Positions 15,620 through 32,100 of a stretch of DNA of 64,000 nucleotides are shown here, piece after piece; the first letter of the stretch is position 1, and every line of letters starts with the position of its first letter. This DNA comes from the human T2T-CHM13v2.0 reference genome, Homo sapiens. The notes below the pieces were generated by a model. That model did not search any database, was not told the origin of the DNA, and saw only the letters and a program-made list of their open reading frames with translations. A program made the position numbers and the translations under genes. Location of the stretch: the NCBI RefSeq assembly GCF_009914755.1, contig NC_060931.1; one strand, given 5' to 3'.

Positions 15620-15995
15620 TACAACAGACCAAATGTTTGTGGCCCCCTCCCCACCCAAAATCGTATGTTGAAACTTAACCGCCGTTGGATGGTATTAGGA
15701 GGTGGGGCCTTTGGGAGGCAATTAGATCATGAGGGTGGAGACCTCATTAATAGAATCAGTGCCATTATAAGAGAGATCCGAAAGAGCTCCCTTCCTCCTT
15801 CTTGCCATGTGAGGACACAGAGAGAAGACGGCCATGGATGAGCCAGGAAGTGGGTCCCCACCAGACACCTTGATCTTGGACCTCTGCAGGCACCTTGATC
15901 TTGGGCTTCTCAGTTTCCAGAACTATAAGTGAAATTCTGTTGCTTATAAGCCACCTGTTCTCTGGTATTCTTTAAAGCACCCTGAATGATATCCA
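15620..15995 (+). mobile_element. MLT1A MaLR solo LTR
   Basis: ggtattaggaggtggggcctttgggagg, TATAA at 15766, gccatgtgaggacacag, ccagaact|ataagt (decayed donor at 15924/5). Confidence 0.85.
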
Positions 15996-16016
15996 TCTTC
16001 CACCCAGTAGACTTTT

Positions 16017-16413
16017 TTATTTTACTTTTAAGTTCTAGGATACATGTGCACAACCTGCAGGTTTGTTACATATGTATACATGTGCCGTGTTGGTGTGCTG
16101 CACCCATTAACTCGTCATTTATGTTAGGTATATCTCCTAATGCTATCCCTCCCCCACTCCCCCAACCCCACCACAGGCCCCGGTGTGTGATGTTCCCCAC
16201 CCTGTGTCCAGGTGTTCTCATTGTTCAATTCCCCCCTATGAGTGAGAACATGCGGTGTTTGGTTTTCTGTCCTTGCGATAGTTTGCTCAGAATGATGGTT
16301 TCCAGCTTCATCCGTGTCCCTACAAAGGACATGAACTCATCCTTTTTTATAGCTGCATAGCATTCCATGGTGTATATGTGCCACATTTTCTTAATCCAGT
16401 CTGTCATTGATGG
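16017..16413 (-). mobile_element. 5'-truncated L1PA (PA4/5-like) 3' end
   Basis: L1 3' UTR and ORF2 C-terminus (ORF 16225..16491 has WIKKMWHIYTMECYAAIKKDEFMSF). 17-bp TSD ccacccagtagactttt/ccacccagtccactttt. Confidence 0.95.
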
Positions 16414-17099
16414 CCACCCAGTCCACTTTTGAAAAGTCTTCCTCTGTTCCCATAACCTAGCAGCCCACCTTGCAAATCTCACCTCCTCCAAAAAGGCTCC
16501 TATGATGACTCTGATGCAGACTCACCTTAGATTCGAAGTTATTTTTCTCTAATTTGTGTGGGATAGGATCTTCCTAATGTAAGACTTAACAACTCCACAA
16601 AATTGAACATTCCTTTTTTTAACACTTGGGTTGTCATTAGGGATTTTCCAAATATTCTGATCCTTTTCTTTCAGGGAACAGAGTTGGGTGACTTTGGCCC
16701 GAGGTCGCTGAAGTTGGGTGTGACCATGTGGCATACAGTGGTCAATGAACAGCAGGAAGCTGAGCCACTTTGTTGTTAAAACACTAAAAACCTGTATATT
16801 TGGCATGCTCTTGTTCCCTCTGCTGGAGCAAAGAACAATGTGCACATGTAATTTGAGCCAGAAATAACCCTTTTCAGCACAATGTAGCTCAATATGACTG
16901 TTGCACCCAGTTTACTCTCCTGAGATGAAATCTATAGTATCTATGTGTCTGTGTATGTGTCTGTATGAGTATGCATATATATTACTTATTTTTTTAAAGG
17001 GATTATAATGATCTGGCTGCAAACAAAGGAGAAAGAGGGGGCATTAAATTGTAATGCTTTATATCCAGTAAGTAAATGCTCTTATTGGACAACACTAGG

Positions 17100-17960
<861 letters not shown>

Positions 17961-19142
17961 AGAAGCTGGTTTTTCCCTTCTTGAAGAGCACCGAAGCCTT
18001 TTTGAAGAAGGATGCCACCTATGTGTCATCTGGATGCCTAATAATAGCACCCGGCACTGAGTTGGGTTGGAGGTAGCTTCCTGACTCTGTTGAACCAAGT
18101 CTTTAAAGCCGATTCTGTTAAGCCAGGTTTGTCTCGCCAGCACATGATGAAGGGTTGTTGCTGTGGACTGAGCCTCCAGGATTCTATCTGTGATGGTGTG
18201 ACTGGGGCCCGTGACAGAGGACAGCACAGTGGCTACGCCAAGGGCTGGATAACACAGAGATGCCCTCTGGGCCAGCACCCCCAAGTGCCATGTATATTTC
18301 CAGAGCATCTCTAAGTTTCCCCCATTTGGCTGTGAGACCTCATCCACAAGGCCTTCTCCTACCTCCTGTGATGATCTCTGGGGTCGCCACCGCATCAGTG
18401 CCTTCACAGCATTCCTTGGATATGGCAGTGCATGGCTGGGCTGGCTCAGCTGAGAACAGCTGTCCACACGGAACAGGAACCCACTGGAGGCAGCACGTAT
18501 TCTCGGCTGCTCTGGTGAGAGTGGTGTTTCCAGATTCTGGTGGGCCTCCCTCTCCAACACAGCATACCTGGCTGACCTCCAGCTTGGCCCTGGAGGGGTT
18601 TCCCTCCTCCCTTTTTCTCCACAGCTTCATTTGAGAGTGGGATTCAGGAGGACTCTCCTCCACCAGCAGCTCACTTCCTGTTTGCATTGTTCGGAAAGCC
18701 AGGCAAGATCTGGGGATAAGTAACCCCTGTCCCCCACATTTACAGCTCTGAGGATTTTCTAAAAGGCTGATCAACAATCTGATTCCTGGGGACTCTGCTC
18801 TACTCTCTAATTTCAGAAAGCATGTTGCACTGTGGCCCTCAGCTGGGCATCCTGCCCTTAGAGTCCTGTCTCTTGGCATATCCTAGGTCTCAGCTAGGTG
18901 GCGGCTTTCCTCTGCTTCTGAAGGTAAACAATAGTAGCAGAGGGTAGAAGCCAGCTGTTCCTTGCCCCCAGGCCTCATTTCTAGGGTTGGCACTCCATGA
19001 TGGCAAGAGACATTATCTCTGGCAGACAGCAGAGGGTGGCAGGGGACTGAAGATCTCATTTTGCCCATTTATGCGATTCCTCTCCGGCCCCAGTCTTATT
19101 TCCTGTCTTGTTCCCACCTTCTGCCTCTGTTCATGTATAGGC

Positions 19143-19178
19143 TTTAGCACACGGCAGACATTTAGCACACGGCAGACA
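19143..19178. repeat. 18-bp perfect tandem duplication
   Basis: tttagcacacggcagaca x2. Confidence 0.9.
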
Positions 19179-19349
19179 TTTGACATTCTGCAACTCTGCA
19201 AGATGTTCAGTTTCCTGATTATTGAATACCTAGACCTTCTTAATAAGCCTGAGCCTCATTTCCATTCTCATTTCCAGTAGGCCAGCTTGAACCAAACCAT
19301 ATTGCTATCATAAAGAAGCTTACTAGAAAAATAAAGAAATGGGAGAGGC

Positions 19350-21140
<1,791 letters not shown>

Positions 21141-21449
21141 TTAAAAAGTGTTTAGAAACATTGCTGTAAGTACCTTTGAATACACATGAGTCAGACATAT
21201 TTGGGAGGATCTGTAAATTCAGATTTAACCAATATAATAATATTAAACATTAAAAGTTTAGTTTTACTCATCTTTATCCAATGTAAACTGTATTTTATAC
21301 TAATACTATAATAGAATAAGCTCCACTTTTTATATTTAACGTCTTCAGCATTTTCTAATATTTCAATTCAGTTTTTGTAATTAGCTATTTTAAAAGTCTG
21401 TCTACAATTTCAAGGAGTGAATTTGCTGAAGTTTATGTAGTAATTCTCC

Positions 21450-22260
<811 letters not shown>

Positions 22261-22767
22261 TTAATTAATTTTGCTAATTTTGTTTTCAGGGACTATTTTT
22301 GTGTGGCAGGAAATAGGGAGATACTGAAGAATTTTGAGCAGGGGATCAACATATTAAAAGAGACATTAGGATAAAAATTGGTTTGATTGTAGACAACAAT
22401 TTAAATTGAAGTAGAAATAAATCTAGGGTAAGAGAAATTAGCTGTTACAATAAATTAGGCATGAAATAAATGAGGAATTTAGGTAAGTATGGTAACAACC
22501 AGAATTATACCTTATTAAAATTTCATCTATCTGCTTAACTAGAATCTGCTAATGATTGAATAGATTTTCTTATAGCCAGGGTTACTTCGGATGACTCCAA
22601 AGGGAAATCCAGAGACTACCCTGATCAGCAACATGAGGAGGCCCCCAACCTCCTTAATCCTATTTGGCCAGTTCCTCCAATGCCCTTTTTAAGAAAATGT
22701 GTATCATGGTTTTCCATGCAGTCAGGAAACATAAACTTTCTAGGATGCAATTTAGTCATAATGCTTA

Positions 22768-23440
22768 TATCTATTAGTTATTGCTATATCACAAACCACT
22801 TCAAAAGTTAGGGTCTTAAAACAACCATCAGCCGGGCGCCGTGGCTTGCTCCTGTAATCCTGGGCCGAGGCAAGCAGATCACTTGAGGTCAGGAGTTCGA
22901 GACCAGCTTGGCCAACGTGGTGAAACCACATCTCTACTAAAAGTATAAAAATTAGCCAGGCATGGTGGTGGGTGCCTGTAATGCCAGCTACTCGAGATGC
23001 TGAGGCAGGAGAATCACTGGAACCCAGGAGCGGAGGTTGCAGTGAGCTGAGATCGTGCCACAGCACTCCAGCCTCGGCGACAGAGCAAGGCTCTGTCTCA
23101 AAAAAAACAAAAACAACCAACCAACCAACCAACCAAACAAAAAACAAAACCGTTGTTTACTTAGCTCATGATTCTGAAGATTTGACCATTTGGGGTGGGA
23201 ACAGCTGGGTTCTTCTGGTTCCTTCTGGGTCCTCTACTTGGCTACAGATGGCTTTGTTGATCTTGGCTGAGCTCTCTCAAATGTCCTGGTGCCTTGGCTA
23301 GCTTATTGAAGCCCAGGCTTAGCATTAACAAGTGCCTTCCATGGTATTTAATTGGACAAAGTAAGTCAAAGGCAGCCCAGATTCAAGGAGTGCATACAAG
23401 GAGGGGAATAATCGTAGGCATTTTTGCAAACAATCTGCTT
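22768..23440 (-). mobile_element. MLT1F/G/H-like MaLR LTR interrupted by an Alu
   Basis: attagttattgctatatcacaaaccacttcaaaa...tagctcatgattctg...attggacaaagtaagtcaaaggcagcccagattcaagg. Confidence 0.7.
22830..23146 (+). mobile_element. AluS
   Basis: Dimer with a small left-arm deletion and an (AACC)n tail. Confidence 0.92.
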
Positions 23441-23601
23441 CGGTGCTTATCTTCAGACCTGAGATATGGTCATGTTTGTGACATTCCTTGGAAAGAAAAG
23501 CATCCTAGAGACCTTTCTAGGAGTTACTGGTGAAGGAAGTATTTAGAAGATAAACTTTCATTAAATTCATTGTAGCAGGATCTGGGAATTAGGATCTCAA
23601 G

Positions 23602-23719
23602 GGGAAATCCCAACTCTTGTTGTTTGCTTCCCGTAAGAATAAGAAACAGCAGCATTATCAAGTGCTGTACTTTACTACAAATATTAACCGGCAACAATTG
23701 ACCCTCTCTGGGACTTTCC
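23602..23719. promoter_or_regulatory. Pair of NF-kB consensus sites
   Basis: GGGAAATCCC (23602-23611) and GGGACTTTCC (23710-23719) both fit GGGRNNYYCC, in apparently non-repetitive DNA. Confidence 0.5.
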
Positions 23720-24271
23720 ATTTAGTTATTTACTGGAAGCTGTTCTGTAATTTTCAGCAGTGCTGTTATCTATGAGATTACTTTTCTTTTAGCTGTGCTG
23801 GGTTTTCAGACGCATTAATATAGCTTAATATCTCTTCCTGTTGCTTCTCTAATTAAAAGCTTGTTGGATTTCCAAATAAGAAATAACATACACAAGCACT
23901 GGTAATTCAGGCTGCTAATAATTGGGAGAAAAACTTCAGCAAGGAACAGCATCAACCAGGCATGAGGGATCTTATGATCCGGCAAAGAAAGAGGCCTAGG
24001 AGTCTGGGGAGGATTGCAGGGCAGTGATCTGGCTCTGAGCAGCTGGCCTCCCTGAGAGGGGCTGCTGCCGATGAAGGACCGCCAACAGACAGCCTGAGTA
24101 TAGTGCATGTGCCCTGTCCCAAGATGGATGTTTGAATTCTGGGTCCAAGAGAAGAGCTCATGTCTGTTTTTCCAATCACTGCTTGTATCCTTTCCTGCTT
24201 CCCCAAGTCCCTCATTCCTCTCCTCCCGGCGGCTTTTGCCCTCTTTGGTCCAGGCCGCAGGAAACCGTTCC

Positions 24272-24305
24272 TCTAGTTCTAACAATCGGCCACTAGATGG
24301 CACTA
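24272..24305 (+). promoter_or_regulatory. CTCF binding site (core plus upstream motif)
   Basis: CGGCCACTAGATGGCACTA fits the CTCF core CCASYAGRKGGCRS. TCTAGTTCT just upstream resembles the ZF9-11 upstream motif. Confidence 0.8.
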
Positions 24306-24715
24306 GATGTTCGGATTAAAGTGCCTTCCTGAGCTCCACGGGCCCAGGGCGAGGGCAGGCAGGGTCTGAAGACAGCTTCTCTCGGCCACCGTCATTCTCT
24401 CTCCCACTTCGCTCTTCACTTCTCATCCCTTCCTCATCCCATTTAAACATTAGATTCCTTCCAGCAGCGGTGTTTGCGTGATTTCAAAGGTAGGGAAACC
24501 GTGTGTTTCGTATGGTGGGGTGCCGGTGGAAGAAAGGGAGTTTGTGGGTTCCACAAGAACCTTAGGTGCCCGCTAAGGACACAGATCGAACTCCAGGCAA
24601 GAAAGGCACAGCGACTGCTTCCCTCTCTCGCGCCATGAGCACTGGCCTCTCTTAAGCAACCCCGCTGAGCTGTTGAATAGACCCCTCACACTGTTACTTC
24701 AAAAACTGAATTCTT

Positions 24716-25330
<615 letters not shown>

Positions 25331-25424
25331 TCAAATAAAACACAAAAATTGAACTCTTCCTTCTCTCCACCCTCTCTCATCCCAATCCATTCTTCTTTTT
25401 ATAGTTCCATCCTCACTGATGTGA

Positions 25425-25719
<295 letters not shown>

Positions 25720-26014
25720 GGTGGTCTCATGTCACCTTTTAACCTAATCATTTCTGGAAGCTAAAAGTCATCCTGTTTTCTTACATAAGTCTAGCGCCTT
25801 TTCCAATCTGCTACCATAATGCTCCCTAACTTCATGTCTGCCCCCACCCCTCCCTTTCCGTTTGTACTGAATAATGGCGCCGGTTTTGGGATCATCTATT
25901 TAATTACACAAGCCCTGGTATTCACACTGGGGATACAGCAGTGACTTCCAAGCTGAAACTTTAAGGATGAGTTGAAGTTAGCCAGGCAAATAGGGGTAAC
26001 AGCATTCTTGATAG

Positions 26015-26233
26015 AGCAGATTTCAGCTGGGAGTGACTCTGCCTGGAAGGAGCCATTTGACAATATCCATAGACATTTTTGGTTGTTACGCTCTGGGGAA
26101 GGAGTGGGGTTTTCTCCTGACATCTAGTGGGGAAATCCAAGGATGCTCTAAACATCCGGCGATGCCCAGGACAGTCCCCCCACAACAAATATTAACTTCC
26201 AAATATTAGTAGTGCTAAGCTTGAGAAACCCTG
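26015..26233. mobile_element. MER20 (inside an antisense L2 remnant, ~25890-26320)
   Basis: agacatttttggttgttac...caaggatgctctaaacatcc...caggacagtcccccacaacaaa...ttgagaaaccctg. Confidence 0.85.
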
Positions 26234-26681
26234 TAATAGAGAAAGCTGCAGAGAGAACATGGCTTTTTTGAGAAACTGAAAGTTTTCTTAGAATGGGAAT
26301 GAAGGTTGGGAGATGTGACTAGGGACCGTGGTGTGCAGAGCTGCACCTGGGAGTTTGTACTCTCTCCCCAGGCCAATGGAAGTAACTGGAGATATTGGAG
26401 CCACTGGAGACTCTATTCCAAGGGCCATTGAAAACCATTGATAGGAGGTATGGACCCTCACAAATATGTGAATGAATAGGCTCCATTTCTGTCATGGGTT
26501 TGAACCAGGCCTTCTTGTCCAGACCTCTGTAAATCAATATTGATATGCTATCAGCCTTCTGAAATAAACCATAAGTGTAATATTCACTTACTTCATAAAC
26601 AAGCAAATACAGTAATTGAACTTGTGTGACAAAGCACTGTTCTATGCTTTTCAAAATGATTTTTACTTTTCATCATCCTGA

Positions 26682-27225
26682 TGTGTCCAGAATCGGTTCC
26701 TTCCAGTGGGTTCTCGGTCTCGCTGACTTCAAGAATAACGTTGCGGACCCTCGCGCTGAGCGTTACAGTTCTTAAAAATGGTGTGTCCAGACTTTGTTCC
26801 TTCAGATGTTTAGATGTGTCTGGAGTTTGTTTCTTCTGGCGGGTTCGTGGTCTCGCTGCCTTCAGGAGTAAAGCTGCAGACCTTCCCAGTGAGCCTTACA
26901 GCTCATAAAAGCGGCGCAGATCCAAAAAGCGAGCTGCAGCAACAATTATTGCAAGGAACAAAAAAACAAAGCTTCCACGCTGTGGAAGGGCATCCGAGCA
27001 GGTTGCAGCCGCTGGCTTGGGTGGCCTGCGTTTATTCCCTTACTTGGCCCCACCCACATCCTGCTGACTGGGCCATTTTACAGAGAGCTGATTGGTCCAT
27101 TTTACAGGGAGCTGATTGGTCCGTTTTGACAGAGTGCTGATTGGTGCATTTACAATCCTTTAGCTAGACAGAAAAGTTCTCCAAGTCCCCACCCTACCCA
27201 AAAGCCCAGCCAGGTTCACCTCTTG
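26682..27225 (-). mobile_element. LTR12 (short, LTR12F-like; ERV9) solo LTR
   Basis: tgtgtccagaatcggttccttccagtgggttctcggtctcgctgacttcaag, tandem ctgattggt CCAAT boxes, agaaaagttctccaagtcccca. Confidence 0.92.
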
Positions 27226-27261
27226 CCACAGTCCTCTGTAATAAATATCTTTTTTGTTTTT

Positions 27262-27410
27262 TAAATCCTTATTTTTTCAGGTAAGGACACAGAAGCCCAG
27301 GGAATATAAGTAACCTCCCAAAAATCGCACAGCAGGTAAGTAATAAGGTCGAGAGTTTAATCCAGAGCTGCAAGATGGCAGAGTCCAAGTTCACAGCCAT
27401 AAGCTATACT
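27262..27410 (-). mobile_element. MIR
   Basis: tccttattttttcaggtaaggacacagaagcccaggg...aagtaacctcccaaaaatcgcacagc. Confidence 0.65.
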
Positions 27411-28016
27411 GTTATTATGCTGTTTTGCCATATTTCCAAAGAGTAACAAAAGGAAATGATCACCCATCTTTTATATATTTCAAGGCTACTATTCATGTCT
27501 TTTATATATGTCGAGGCTACTATTTCAGTAGCCTTGAAAATAGAACATAGATTTAATGTACTTTCTTAGAAAACTTTGTTCTATGTGTATGCATTTTTTG
27601 AATAGTATAATCCAATAATAGTTGGAAAGAACTTGAAAAAAATACACTCCACATACTTATGGTCATAAAAAATAAGTATTGAATTAAAAAGTTAGGAGTA
27701 AAATAATCGAACCCAAGAAAAGCAGAAAAAATAAAAGCAGAAATGTATATGTTAGAAACTAGAAACATTTATAGAAACTAAATAAATGCATGAGTTTGTT
27801 TGAAAAATCAGAGAAATATATAAACTATTAGGTCATCTAATCGTTTTTTAAAAGGAATACCTAAAACCATGTATTAGAAATGACAATGTAGAACTAATTG
27901 CAAAACCAGAGGAAAGTAAATGAACCAGCATAACATGATTTTTGCTTAATATTTACAAATATACCTATATGAAATTGGTTGACATTATAGGAAAATATGA
28001 AGTAACAAAATGTATC

Positions 28017-28647
<631 letters not shown>

Positions 28648-29003
28648 TAGAAGAAATAGAGAAATTTGCCAAAGAGTTACTGCTAGCCTCCACAAAATGC
28701 ACCAGGCCCAGATGATTTCATGAAACTATATGACCATAACTTTGCTGAACATGGAACTTTAATGCACTTTAAATATCTACAGAATAGAATGGAAAAAAAG
28801 AAAAATCCTTCACATTCATCTGATGATGTGAAAAACATGCTAATATCAAGCCTGTCAAAGAGGAAATAGAAAATGATAGATAAATCTTTATTTTGAATAT
28901 TGATGTAAAAATTGTGAAAAGAATTCAGTAGCAGATCGATGCAAATAATATTCCATGAATTGTGTTTATTCTGATAATGTTAGAATTGTTCAGTATTAGG
29001 AAA

Positions 29004-29113
29004 TGTGATGGTTAATTGTGTGTATCAACTTGGCTGGGCTCAGTTTCTAGATAGTTGGTTAAACATTATTCTGTGTATTTCTATGAGAATGTTTTTGGAT
29101 GAGATTAACATTT
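29004..29113 (+). mobile_element. MLT2 (HERVL) LTR, 5' piece
   Basis: tgtgatggttaattgtgtgtatcaacttggctggg...gtttttggatgagattaacattt. Confidence 0.85.
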
Positions 29114-32100
29114 ATTTTATTTTATTTTTTTCTTTAAAAATTTTTTATTTTTAATTGTGAGTATGCAGTAGGAGTATATATTTCTGGGGTACATAAGATA
29201 TTTTGATACAGGCATGCAATGTGTAATAATTACATTAGGGTAAATGGGGTATCTATCCCCTCATGCATTTATCCTTTGCAATACAAAAAGTCCAATTATA
29301 CTCTTAGTTATCTTAAAATGTATCATTAAATTATTATTGACTATAGTCACTCTATTGTGCTATCAAATACTAGGTCTTATTCGTTCTTTCTACTTTTTTG
29401 CACCCACTAACCATCCCCACATTCCCCTCCCCCTCCTGCCCACCCCTCAGTCCAATTAGCCTTCCCAGCCTCTGGTAACCTTCCTTCTACTCTCTAGCTC
29501 CATGAGTTTCATTGTTTTATTTTTTAGCTCTCACAAATAATTGAGAACATGTGAAATTTGTCTTTCTGTGCCTGGCTTATTTCACTTAACATAATGATCT
29601 CCATTTCCATCCATATTGTTGCAAATGACAGGCTCTTATTCTTTTTCTATGGCTGAATAGTCCACAATTGTGTATATGTACCAAATTTTCTTTATCTGTT
29701 TGTGTGCTGGTGGAACTTGGGTTGCTTCCAAATCTTGGCTATTGTGAATAGTGCTGCTGTAAACATAAGAGTGCAGATATCTCTTTGATATACTGATTTC
29801 CTTTTTTGGGGTTATATACCAAGCAGTGGATCATATGGTAGCTCTAGTTTTAGTTTTTTGAGGAACCTCCAAACTGCTCTCCATAGTGGTGGTCTTAATT
29901 TACATTCCCACCAACAGCGTACGAGGTTTTCTCCACATCCTCGCCAGCATTTGTATTGCCTGTCTTTGGATAAAAGCCATTTTAACTGAAGTGAGATGAT
30001 ACGTCATTGTAGTTTTCATTTGCATTTCTCTGATGATCAGTGATGTTGAACACGTTTTTATATGCCTGTTGCCCATTTGTATGTCTTCTCTGAGAAATGT
30101 CTACTCAAATATTTTGCCCATATTTTAATTGGCTTATTAGATTTTTTTCCTATAGAGTTGTCTGAGCTCCTTTTATATTTTGGTTATTAATCTCTTGTCA
30201 GATGGGTAGTTTGCAAATATTTTAGCCCATTCTGTGTGTTGTCTATTCTCTTTGTTGATTGTTTTCTTTGCTGTGCAGAGGGATTTTTTTTTTAACTTGA
30301 TGAGTTCCCATTTGTCCATTTTTTTCTTTGGTAGCCTATGCTTGTCTGGTATTACTCAAGAAATCTTTGTCTACTCCAATGTCCTGGAAAGTTTCCCTCA
30401 TGTTTTGTTGTAGTAGTTTCATAGTTTCAGGTTTTAGATTTAAGTCTTTAATCAACTTTGATTTGATTTTTGTATGTGGTGAGAGTTAGGGGTCTAGTCT
30501 GATTCTTCTGCATATGGATAGCCAGTTTTCCTAGCACCATTTATTGAAGAGACTGTCTTTACCCCAGTGTATGTTCTTTTTAAAAATGAGTTTGCCGTAG
30601 GTGTGTGGATTTGTTTCTGGGTTCTTTATTCTGTTCCATTGGTCTATGTGTCTGTTTTTATGCCAGTACCATGCTGTTTTGGTTACTAAAGCTCTGTAGT
30701 ATAACTTGAAGTCAGGTACTGTGATTCCTTCAGTTTTGTTCTTTTTTCTCCAGACAGCTTTGGCTATTCTGGGTCTTTTGCAGTTCTATATAAAATTTTT
30801 AAGATTTTTTTTCTATTTCTGTGAAGAATATCATTGGTATTTTGATAGGGATTGCACTAAATTTGTAAATTGCTTTGGGTAGTATGGACATTATAACAAT
30901 ATTCATTCTTCCAATCCATGAACATAGAATATATTTCCATTATTTTCGTGTCCTCTTCAATTTCTTTCATCAGGATTTTATAGTTTTCATTACAGAGATC
31001 TTTCACTTCTTTGGTTAAGTTAATTTTTAGGTATTTAACTTTATTTGTAGCTTTTGTTAATGAGATTACTTTCCTCATCTCTTTTTCAGATTGTTTGCTG
31101 TTGGCATATAGAAATGCTACTGATTTTTGTATGTTGATATTGTATCCTGCAAGTTTGCTGAGCTTGTCTATCAGTTCTAATAGTTTCTTTGTGGAGTCTT
31201 TAGGTTTTTCCAAATGTAAGATTATATCATCCTCAAACAGGGATAATTTGATTACTTTCTTTTCAGTTTGGATTTCCTTTATTTCTTTCTCTTCTGTGAT
31301 TGCTCTAGCTAGGACTTTCAGTACTGTGTTAAGTGACAGTGGTGAAAGTGGGCATCTTTGTCATGTTCTACACCTTAGAGGAAAGGCTTTCAGTTTTTCC
31401 CCATTCAGTATTATACTAGGTGTGGGTCTGTTGTGTATGGCTTGTATTATGGTGAAGTATGTTCTCTCTATACCCAGTTTTTTGAGAGTTTTTATTATGA
31501 AGGGATGTTGAATTTTATCAAATGCTTTTTCAGCTTCAATGGGGATAATCACATAGATTTTTTTCTCCATTTTGTTGACACGATATATCACATTGATTGA
31601 TTTGTGTATGTGGAATTATCCTTGCATCCCTGGGATAAATCCCACTTGGTCATGATGAACGATTTTTTTAGTATTTTGTTGAATTTTGTTTGCAAGTATT
31701 TTGTTGAGGTTTTTTGCATCAATATTCATCAGGGATATTGGCCTGTAGTTTTGTGGATTTTTTTAAAAATGTGTATTTGTCTGATTTTGGTATCAGGGTA
31801 ATACTGACTTTGTAGAATGAGTTTGGAAGTATTCACTCTATCTTTTGAAGTAGTTTGAATAGGATTGGTATCAGTTTTTCTTTAAATGTTTGGTAGAATT
31901 AAATAGTGAAGTTGTCAGGTCCCAGGCATTTATTTGCTGGGACACTTTTTATTATGGCTTCAGTCTCATTACTTTTTATTGGGCTGTTCAGGTTTTGGAT
32001 TTCTTCATGGCTTAATTTTGGTAGGTTGTGTGTGTCTAAGAATTTCATCCACTTCTTCTAGATTTTCCAATCTATTGGCATATAGTTGCTCCTAGTAGCC

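Noticed and set aside
24578-24596. Pol III B-box-like gatcgaactcc
   Set aside because: Imperfect match, with no A box, cloverleaf or T-run terminator in register.
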